Position numbers and translations under genes: made by a program
From: a virus
Strand: one strand, 5' to 3'
IMG/VR virus record: IMGVR_UViG_3300044972_000601
Coordinates: 32,001 to 96,000 of that record
Length of the DNA: 64,000 bases
Notes under the pieces: model-generated
The model's input: only the letters and a program-made list of their open reading frames with translations
The model's database searches: none
What the model was told of the DNA's origin: nothing
Shown here: positions 38,014 to 47,700 of the stretch, in pieces
Layout of the letters: each line of letters starts with the position of its first letter
Position numbering within the stretch: position 1 is the first letter of the stretch

Positions 38014-39654
38014 TTAAGCATCTTTCCAATAGATAATAGCCATACCAGTACCAGCATTGCTAATTCTCCAATCTAACTCACATGCAGGGTATGCTAAAGC
38101 AGTAACTCCGTCGCCGTTGCAAGTGTTAAACGTACTATTACCATAACAAACGCATAAGATATAGTTTCTAAATACGCCGCCACCACCGCCTTTACCTGCT
38201 TTTGACATCATGGTACAGATTCCTACTCCGCCTGATCCGCCCAATGTTCCTGCACAACTAATAATGTTAGGAAACAACGATTGTGCAAATCTATCTGAGC
38301 AACATACCTTACCTGTCAATCCTAGGCAACATACGAATGGCCAATTTACATATAGTGAATTATTATTGTAATGGAACTGTGTAGCACAGCAAACAAATAC
38401 TACGCCGCCTGTTCCTGCGCCTTCACCTGCATTTGCTGGACGAGTTGTTTGATCTTCTCGTGTTGCCCACAGAATTGACCCGCACCAGTAGTCATTATCC
38501 CTGTGATGGCTTCTACCAGCAGAGCCGGATCCGCACATACTGTGAATGTCGTGCCAGCTGTGAACTATTGGATCTTTACTCGGTGGTGTGTACATAGTAC
38601 ACGACGCATAATTACCGCAATAGAAGCCGATACAATCCCAATCAATACATCCGCCAACACCTGAGTGGTTATCATAGCCACCCCAACCGCCGTGGCCTTC
38701 GATCCAGAATCCGCAGGTACAATTGGTATTGTACATATTTTGGCATTCACAACAAGTGCAAATTTGCCATTTTGTTCCGCCGCCGCCGCCCGCGCTGTTT
38801 GGAAAACAGGCATTACGCTGATGCGGCCCGCCTTGCCCGCCTTGGTTTGCTGAGCCGCACATACAACTGCAAGGGCCGCTACGTACATCTTGTCTAAAGG
38901 TATAACCTACGCCGCCGCCGCCGCCGGCAGTTGCTCCGTGGCCGCCTGATGCGCCGTATATATCAACTGAATTTTGTGCGCCTTGTCCGTTGCCGCCACA
39001 TAAATGTCCCCACCATCCAGCACTTGCACCGCCGGGATAACGTGCATTACAACATTGATCAGAACCGTGGCCTGGAGTTTGGCCAATGCCAACGCCGGCA
39101 ACAACAATACAATACCCGCAGCAAGTTGTTAAAGAAAAACAAATACATGTTCCGCAATAATGGCTGAGAGAACCACCGCAATAGTTACAACCTTTGCCGC
39201 CTGTGCCGCCAATACTATTCCAATCTCCACCAGATGCTGCGCCTGGTGTACAACCGGCTGCTCCGCCGCCGGTTACTGTTCTTGCTACAGCACTTGAGTT
39301 AGTGTAACTTATTGTTGTATCTTGTTCTTGGCGACCAACAACAACCGAAACAACACAGCCTGGGGACACAGTGTCGTAGCGTTCAGCATATCCGCCGCCG
39401 CCGCCTGCATACCCGCAACAAGTTTCTGTACATTTTGGTTTGCCGCCGCCGCCTACTGAAACTACTCGTAAACAAGTAATTCCGGAAGGAACAGTAAATG
39501 AATAGTTACCAGGAGTGTCTAAAATAACTCTATTTTGCCAACAATCGTTGGAACTATAAGAATATTTTTGAGTATTTGACTGATAACAAGTAGTAGATAC
39601 TGCAAGCTGACAACTGTTAGCTTGAGAAGTACCAGTGCTTACATAACGTCCCAT
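38014..39654 (-). CDS. Cys/Gly-rich fibre-tip protein, paralog B
   Basis: PG.YSFTVPSGIT.LRV..VGGGG ... GGGGGYAE ... AG.GMAIIYW glycine-rich tip architecture; about 48 Cys in 546 aa (hand count). Confidence 0.65.
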   Translation of the reverse strand: MGRYVSTGTSQANSCQLAVSTTCYQSNTQKYSYSSNDCWQNRVILDTPGNYSFTVPSGITCLRVVSVGGGGKPKCTETCCGYAGGGGGYAERYDTVSPGCVVSVVVGRQEQDTTISYTNSSAVARTVTGGGAAGCTPGAASGGDWNSIGGTGGKGCNYCGGSLSHYCGTCICFSLTTCCGYCIVVAGVGIGQTPGHGSDQCCNARYPGGASAGWWGHLCGGNGQGAQNSVDIYGASGGHGATAGGGGGVGYTFRQDVRSGPCSCMCGSANQGGQGGPHQRNACFPNSAGGGGGTKWQICTCCECQNMYNTNCTCGFWIEGHGGWGGYDNHSGVGGCIDWDCIGFYCGNYASCTMYTPPSKDPIVHSWHDIHSMCGSGSAGRSHHRDNDYWCGSILWATREDQTTRPANAGEGAGTGGVVFVCCATQFHYNNNSLYVNWPFVCCLGLTGKVCCSDRFAQSLFPNIISCAGTLGGSGGVGICTMMSKAGKGGGGGVFRNYILCVCYGNSTFNTCNGDGVTALAYPACELDWRISNAGTGMAIIYWKDA

Positions 39655-39656
39655 TA

Positions 39657-41354
39657 TTATGCTTCCCTATAATATATAATTGCCATTCCTGTACCTGCAT
39701 TACTGACCATTTGATCTAGTAAGCAAGGAGGAAATGCTAGTGGTGTAGCTGCTGTACCGTTACAGCAATCAAATGCACCGCCCCAACATACACAAAGGAA
39801 TTGACATTTTGCTTGGCCGCCGCCACCGCCTTTGCCGGCTTTGGATGAATATCCGCACCACGACACACCGCCAGAACCGCCTAATGTTCCTGCGCAAGTA
39901 ATAAAGAATGGAAATAATGCATCCTGCATTAACCATGCCTGATCACACCAGCCGCAAACGCCTAACTGGCAAATTTTACACCAGTTAACGTTTGGACTTC
40001 CGCTTGTTCCGCTGTTTGCTCCAGCTGTTGTACCAATCATGTTACCCATCATTAAAGGATTACAGCAAGTAGTAGCAATGCCGCCAGTTCCTGCACCTTC
40101 ACCTGAGTTTCGTGGACGAACTCCGATGAAAAATCCTCTGCAACCGTTAGTGTTTGCTCTACTTGCAACTGTGCCTGGTGCACCAGATCCGGCCATATCG
40201 TGTATATCCCACCATTCTTGTCTTTGAGGGCCTTCTTCGCTACAAGCGTAGCAATGCGTAGTATAGCAGTAAGCAGAACCAAAAGGATACGAACAATATG
40301 CTCCATAACCCCACTCAACGTGCCATGCTTGTGATTCTTTAGGGTTTGCGCCACCACGGCCTCCGTCACCACCTTTCCATACACCAGACATGCAGTCTTG
40401 ACTCGCCCAACTTCTGCATTGTGTTTGTCCTAAACTTGTGCCACCGCCGCCCTGGGCGCTCGGTGGGCAATTTGTACACCAAGTCAAATAAGGAGGAATA
40501 TACTGACACCCCTGCATACAAATACAGTTACAGCAGTTATAATGCCAAGTACAGCCTTGTGCGATCCAGTCGCCAATACCTGCTCCACCACCAACAACTG
40601 CTCCGTGACTTGTGCCGCCGTAGCCGCAAGTACACCAAGATGCGCCGCCACAAGTTGCTAACCAAGAACCTGCGCTTGCACCGCCAACAATATTTGCACT
40701 ACAGCAACCGTTACCGTCATGTCCACCTTCAGTATATTGGTAAACTACACAGTATCCACAACAAGTTGTAACACTAAAACATTTACAACTTCCGCAATAG
40801 TGACTGTAAGAACTTCCGCAATTGTTACAAGAATATCCTGACAAGCCGCCGCAACTATTCCAATCTCCACCTGTAGCAACGCCAGAAACACAGCCAGATG
40901 CTCCGCCTGCTGTGTGAGAAGCAACACCATTACAACTTACTGTTGTATCTTGCTCTTGACGGCCTACTTGGATACAGAAATATGTGGAGCCGCCTGTTAC
41001 TGCGTGATTTTTCTCGCTGTATGCTCCGCCTGAGCCAGCAGCACTTGCGCACGTTGAACCGCTTGCATCAGGCACACTGCCGCATTTTGGTTTGCCGCCG
41101 CCGCCAACAAGAACTGTTCTGGCACAAACTATGCCAGCTGGCACTGTCCAGCAATATGCTCCGGGTTTATCTAAAACTAACTTGTACTGCCAACATTGCT
41201 TGCCGTCGTAACATGCTTTTCCGCCGTAACGTAAGGTTGTGCCATATGCTTGACTTTGTGCAATGCTACCACCCAAACTTGCGGCTGTCATTTTAAATGC
41301 AGCTTGCTTTTCAGAAGTAATACAAGTAGTTAATACTGGTACAAAACGTCCCAT
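39657..41354 (-). CDS. Cys/Gly-rich fibre-tip protein, paralog A
   Basis: Co-linear with 38014..39654 (GGGGKPKC, VGRQEQDTT, GGDWNS, SHYCG.C.CFS.TTCCGYC, CAGTLGGSGGV, SNAGTGMAIIY); about 53 Cys in 565 aa. Confidence 0.65.
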   Translation of the reverse strand: MGRFVPVLTTCITSEKQAAFKMTAASLGGSIAQSQAYGTTLRYGGKACYDGKQCWQYKLVLDKPGAYCWTVPAGIVCARTVLVGGGGKPKCGSVPDASGSTCASAAGSGGAYSEKNHAVTGGSTYFCIQVGRQEQDTTVSCNGVASHTAGGASGCVSGVATGGDWNSCGGLSGYSCNNCGSSYSHYCGSCKCFSVTTCCGYCVVYQYTEGGHDGNGCCSANIVGGASAGSWLATCGGASWCTCGYGGTSHGAVVGGGAGIGDWIAQGCTWHYNCCNCICMQGCQYIPPYLTWCTNCPPSAQGGGGTSLGQTQCRSWASQDCMSGVWKGGDGGRGGANPKESQAWHVEWGYGAYCSYPFGSAYCYTTHCYACSEEGPQRQEWWDIHDMAGSGAPGTVASRANTNGCRGFFIGVRPRNSGEGAGTGGIATTCCNPLMMGNMIGTTAGANSGTSGSPNVNWCKICQLGVCGWCDQAWLMQDALFPFFITCAGTLGGSGGVSWCGYSSKAGKGGGGGQAKCQFLCVCWGGAFDCCNGTAATPLAFPPCLLDQMVSNAGTGMAIIYYREA

Positions 41355-41369
41355 ATTATCTATTTCCTA

Positions 41370-41690
41370 TTAAGTTGTGCTTGTTTCAATACCGTATGCT
41401 ACAGCATTAACACTGGTTGTGCTTGAATAAACAACTAATACTTTTCCAGCATCTAGTACTAAACCTGTACGCTCTAGTACAGCGTTTGCTGGAATAGTTG
41501 TACCAAATTCTAACCACTCTGCACCACCCGGTGTTGCACTACTAGCAAGAGCTAGTCTAACTGTAACACCTGACGCATTCCTATTACAAATTGTTATGTT
41601 TACAATAGCAAATGTACCTGTAGGGCAAGTATACAAAGTGGTATTCGTTGCTGCTGACAGATCTGCTGTGCCTAATCTTCCTGTTGCCAT
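41370..41690 (-). CDS. Small beta-sandwich virion/fibre adaptor protein
   Basis: T.LYT.P....AIV.I.ICN...LE.G..IPAN.VLERTGLVL.AG pattern shared with 54063..54392 and 58246..58578. Confidence 0.6.
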   Translation of the reverse strand: MATGRLGTADLSAATNTTLYTCPTGTFAIVNITICNRNASGVTVRLALASSATPGGAEWLEFGTTIPANAVLERTGLVLDAGKVLVVYSSTTSVNAVAYGIETSTT

Positions 41691-41705
41691 AATTTAATTC
41701 TCCAA

Positions 41706-44700
41706 TTATCTTAGTAAGAAGTAGTTTAATGCTAAGGGACTACCGTCTATACCCTGTGTAAAGTTAGCTTTATTCTTTATATTTATCTGAGTTCCTGCCG
41801 TGTTACGAATCTGAGATCCTGTAATTTCGATAGTTCCTGCTACCAGCGTATTTACGTTAACTGTGCTGTTGCCGCCGCCAATTTGGCTAGCAACATATGC
41901 CCTGATAGCTTTCTGCGTTGGCACAATCGTATCACTGTTTGCACTGAATGTTGCATCAGTACTGAACTGACTAATACTTGTGTTTGAACTGCCCAATGTA
42001 ACACTACCTAATTGTAATGTTTGTAGGCCGCTCAAGTTAAACGCATTGGCATTCAATGTGGCAATACCTGTTGATTGCTGAACAGTGAACAAGTCGCCCA
42101 CGTTAAAGTTACCGTCTTGGTCAGTACTTGTGTAGAACACACGCCCGCCGCCCGCTTCGACAGTTTCATTTGCTATGTCGGCTGCTTGAAGTGGTGTGTT
42201 TGGATAATTGGTTGTGGCAATTGGGCCGGTACCAATACTCAAGAAGTCGTGTCCAGTTAGTCGAGTTTGACTGTATAATATACGCATTGTGATTGCTACA
42301 CCATGTACTGGTGCAAGTGCAATGGTCATAACAGGACTAATTTGTAATGTAGCACTGTAGTTACCCGGTGTTCCTGTTTGACTACTAACTGTTACCAACT
42401 TGTAGTACGAACTATTGCCTGCAAATTGTATGTTACTACCCAATGTAGGAATAGCAGTCATACCACTTACATTCATGTACTGATTATTTTGGAAAATGTC
42501 AGCATAGCCGCTACCACTGATTGTGGTAGTGGAACTGGTATAGCCAGTGCCGCGATTGGTAAATGTTGGGTTGCCCAAAACGCCTATACCAGTTCTCACT
42601 GTGTACGTGGCCGTTGACGTGGCATTTGGGTCGCCAAGTGTGATTGTTGGAGGAGTAGTGTATCCAGAACCTGGTTCGTAGATTCTAAAACTACTGATCT
42701 GTCCGCTGGTAACAACTGCACGGGCTTCTGCTCGTGTAAAGTTAGGAATACTCAATGCACTTGTACTGCTACTTGCAATAACTGCCCATGTAGGAGCCGC
42801 ACTGGTAATAGTAGTGCTGCCTGTTGAAACAGCATGACTAGTGTCAACTGTCCAAGTACTGCTTGAACCAAACTGTGTTCCAGTCAAGTTAGCAGTGATT
42901 GTTGTGCCAGCAATTACACCAACGCCATTCAACACTGCACCAGTAATAATGCCGCTGCCAGTTGGAGTACTTGTAACAGTTAATGTTGTTCCAGTGATAC
43001 TACCAGTAAAGCTAGTGCTGGTATTACCAAATGTCAAAGCATTCCAAGATGCATTGCTCAGTGTGCGTGGAGTCCAGTTAATGCCATCCGGACTTGTTGC
43101 ACCTGCACCTGCACCTGTTACACTGGTCCAGTTGCCGCCTACATTACTTGAAATAGTAGTAATTGGTGTTAACGTTGCACTTGTACTAACTTGTATCTGA
43201 CTATTAGTCTGATTAATTGAGACAACGTAATATGTTGTGGCTGATGTTAAACCGCCAAATGCAGCACCTGCTGTGATTGCCTGTGTACCAGTAGCAGTTG
43301 TAACTGCCAAATTAGTTCCGCCAAAGCTAGCACTTACTGCTACAGTTGTTGCACTTGGAACTGCTGTGACAAAGTATGTTGTACTATTTGACAAGCCACC
43401 AAATGCTCCCGATACATCAGTTACAAAGCTCTCGCCCACTGCCATGCCAGTAGAAGAATCAACGGTAATCAAATTATTAGTACCGGTTATCAAACCTGGA
43501 GTTGTAACAGTTTGACTTGCGTTCAAAGAATAACTAGATCCAGAAATTGCAATACTACCAGTTGCACCAATGGCAGAACTCACTGTGTATGTGCCTGCAC
43601 CTCCAGAGCCTGAGCCAAGAGCAGTAATATATCCAGTCAAATTATCTAATTTGATAGCATTGTTTTGATAAGAAACATATCCCAATGTGTATGTTAGGCC
43701 AGTTGGAGTACCAATAGTAGTTACCACACCAGTTGTTACGTTAGGATTAACATTGCTGGTTGTGCTCAGTGTGAATGTTGTACGACCATTTGTAGCAATC
43801 ACATAATAAGTAGTTGGATTGGCATAGCTGGTAATAGAGCCAGTGCCGCCCAGTGTGCCACTAATTGTTATAGTCATACCAACCGCAAGAGTTGTTGCAT
43901 CACAATTAAACTGTCCGCCAGTTCCAATAATATTAACATTGGCCAATACGGGCTGTGTTAATGTATAATGTTGACCTGCAAATAGTGTGCCTCCGCCCAC
44001 GGTTGCTGTGGGTGCTGGACTTATGAAATAAGTTCCTGATCCACCAGTGCCTGTGCCGTTAGCAGTAACAAATGATCCTGCACTTACTACGGTTCCGCCA
44101 GCACCAGTTGCACTTGTGGCACTGTCAAATGTACAGATACTTGCTGAACAAGCTGTTACTTTGAATGTGCCGTTAAAGTTGCTGTTGGCATTGCCTGTGA
44201 TTGTGATTGCTTGTCCTGTGGCAAATGGAGCACTTGCTTGTACACTGCTGAATGTAACTGTAGCACTTAATCCGTTACCGTTAACATTATTGATTGCCAA
44301 ACTTTGTGCAACGAAACCGTTTGTCCAGCTGATAACTGTACCCGGAACAACAGTGCCAGAACCCACACCCGATACGTTTAGTGTAATAGGAGTTGCTGTG
44401 ATTGTGGTACTTGTAACTGTCTGACTCAAGTTAACTAACCATGTGCTTGGATTACTGGTTGCAGTACCGCTCAAACCTGCAGAAACATAAGTTCCTCCAG
44501 TAACGCCTGTGCCGCTTATCACATATCCCACAACAATGCCTGTTCCTGATGGAGCACTGGTCACAGACATAATGCCGCCTAGGCCTACATCCGTTGCACT
44601 TACTGGTGCAATGCTGGCAGTAAATGTCACTGCTGTACCGGCTGTGATGCCGCCAAAGAATGAACTTGGTGCTGAAGCAGCAATAGTATAACTGGCTCCT

Positions 44701-47700
44701 GTGATATTAGGACCACTCACATATGCACCAGCCGCTGGAGTTCCAACACTAGTACCTTGCAAACTTAATACGCCGTTCTTAACTTCTGCAAAGTTGTTAG
44801 TAACAACTGGCCCGCTGATAGCCTGTCCAACTGCCACTGTACCTGTTATAGTACCACCAACAGTTAATGTTACACCGCTTACGCTGGAACTTGTACTTGT
44901 AAAACTGTTACTTCCAGTAATATACAATGGCTTGCTGAATACTGTTCCGCCAGATACATATGCAGTAGTTGTTGTGCCTGCAAATGTCACGCTGGTAGCA
45001 GTTGGTTGTCCAGTAACAGTGTAACTGCCATTGTAAGCAATAGGGGCTACACCTTGTAAATCAATAGTTTGACCTGATACAAACGGTACTGGTTTAACAT
45101 AAGTGTATGTTAAGCCAGTTGGAGTTCCTGTAGTTGTAACAACACCAACTGTTGGTACTACGTAAACGCTAGTTGCCGCTGTGCCTGCGGTAAATGTCAA
45201 TGCTGTTCCACCTGGAACAGAACTGATTGTGATACTGGTACTTGCTACGACACTCAACACATAGTAAGGAGTATTAGCAACCAAACCAATTGTTGCCAAG
45301 TTTGCACCTGTAAAGTAAATTGGGATTCCAGCTTGTATATTTGTTGTACTAGCCATTGCCAATGCGGATGTGCCGTTGCCGGTAAATGTTTGGCCTGCTG
45401 CGGCTGTTCCGCCTGACAACTGGAATCCTGTACTGTTATTGTTAGTCTTGTTAATAAAATAAGTTGTTGGATTTGCATAACCAGTAATAGAGCCAGTGCC
45501 GCCCAATGTACCACTAACAGTTACTAGCTGTCCAACTTGCAATGCAGATGCTGTTGCTGTGCAAGTAAATTGCCCGGCTGTTCCTGCAATAACAACTCCA
45601 GTTAATGCTTCTGTTTGTTGAGCATAAGTGACTGTTACTGTTGATCCAGAACCAGTGACACCTGTTACTGCAATGTTTTGTGCAGTTTGTACATTATTAC
45701 CAGTAACAACCATACCTGTAGCAACAGTTCCTTGATTTGCTGACCCAGGTGTTAACACATTGCCAGCACCAGTAATACCTATTGTGCCAGAACTGTTTAA
45801 AGATGCAACTGCTCTTGTAGTAGCTGTTGCGTTAGTAGTTTGACTAGCGACTGTTGGTGTCCACGCTTGCCCTGTTGCCATACCAGCTGTACTGCTTAAA
45901 GTAATTTGATTACTACCAGTGTAGGCTGCTGTAACTGTGGGTGTCAAATAAGCTGCTGTAGCAAGGAACGATCCTTGACCGTAGGCAACATTTTTCCAAG
46001 CATAACTGAATGGTAAAACTGTATTAGGAGTTGTCCAAGTAATACCATCTGTTGAGTATGCTGTTGCTGTGCCGCCCTGGGCAACTGCAACAAATCGGCC
46101 ATTGCCCCATGCAATACTTGTCCAGTATGCTGTTTGTGGTAATGCTCCAGCTGTCCAAGCTGCTCCGTCTACTGAATATGCAGTGGCTTGGCTTAACACA
46201 GTGCCGCCTGTAATAGCAACAAATCGTTCTGGGCCAGTGCCATATGCAACAGCTATGTAGTTAGCGTTGGCAACTGAGCCACCGTTGTTCCAAGATGTGC
46301 CGTTAGCACTGTAAGCTGTTACTGTTCCGTTGCCAACTGCAACAAACCGGCTATTACCATAAGCAACGCTGGTCCATGTTCCAGATTGTAATCCAGTCAT
46401 TGCTGTCCAGCTTGTGCCATTGGTGCTAGAATATGCAACTGTAGTTGCTGCTGTTCCTGCAACTGTTACAAAATAAGTTGTGGCACTTATTGCACCACTT
46501 GCAACTCCAACATATGCACTAGCAGAACTCAAGCCAGTCATTGCACTCCAGTTTGCACCGTCTACGCTGTATGCACTGTTGCCATCACTGGAAGAAACTG
46601 CCACAAAACGGCCGCTTGCATAAGTGGTAGAACTCCAATTTGTTGCAGTTCCTGGCATTGTGCGACTGGTAGTGGCAAAACTTGGAGCAGTAAATGTTAC
46701 CCTTGGTTCAATGCTGTATGTTGTTGTGCTGTCCATTGTTGCACTAATTGCTGTTCCAACAACCACATGATCCCAACCTGCTGCATTTACAATCATTGTA
46801 CTGGCAGTTACATCGGTCAAACCAGTGCTGATTGCAGCACCGCCGCTTGTTGCACTGACTGCAAACTGTGTTGCACTAGTGATGGCCTGTACATAGTAAA
46901 CAGTGGCCACAGCAAAGCCGCCGATTGCAGTGCCTGTAAAGACGATTGGTTGATTAACATACAATGTTAAAGTGCTAGCAACTGTGACCAATGCACCAGT
47001 TGCTGTAACTGCACTGGCTGTCAATGCTGTGAAACTTTCTTTAGCAATGTATGCTTGCTTGCCTCCAGCGTTATAAAATGCAATATAACCAAATTGACCA
47101 ACACCTAGGCCGCTTGTGATTAGTAAACGCATGCCAAGATAGGATGCACTAACCGCAGTATCTGATCCAGCAATAATAATAGTTGTAGTTGTACCGCTTT
47201 GTGCCGTGTTTGTTGCTGATACAAATCCTGCACCAGTAGTTAACATTCTGTTTTCAAATACAGCATTATCACGAACTTCATCACCTACTGCTGTGGCATT
47301 GATGCCGTTTGCACTGTTAAAGGTAAAAGTTGTTCCTGAATTAGGATATGCATTACCAGCATTACTATATTCTAATCTATAGATACTTGCACCGCTGGTG
47401 AATGTATTTCCAACCACTGCTTGAACAGCACGGTTATTAACAGTAGCAGTGATAGGAGTTTCTGAACTGTTAACTCCTTCAGATACGCTGCCAAATTTAC
47501 CGTAAGAGTTGTTGCCGTTGGTGGCACGAATCTTGCCACCGTGTTCTGCAAGATAACCAATGTGTGCGTAGTATGTAAACACCGAAACTAATTCAGCACG
47601 GCCTTGGTTAGTAATCCAAGCACCGATACCATTGTCAATAACTTGTGTAAAGTCGTTGGCAACAATAGATTGATTTCCGCCGTTGTGTAATGCACCATCT

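Noticed and set aside
24869-41354. Diversity-generating retroelement or invertible shufflon acting on the paralogous tip genes
   Set aside because: No reverse transcriptase or recombinase in the window, and no near-identical repeat with adenine-specific mismatches; the paralogs differ throughout, including at synonymous sites.
38014-41354. Cys-rich ORFs as RiPP precursors, selenoproteins or recoding artefacts
   Set aside because: They are ~550 aa with glycine-rich fibre architecture, use ordinary TGT/TGC codons and have no in-frame stops.
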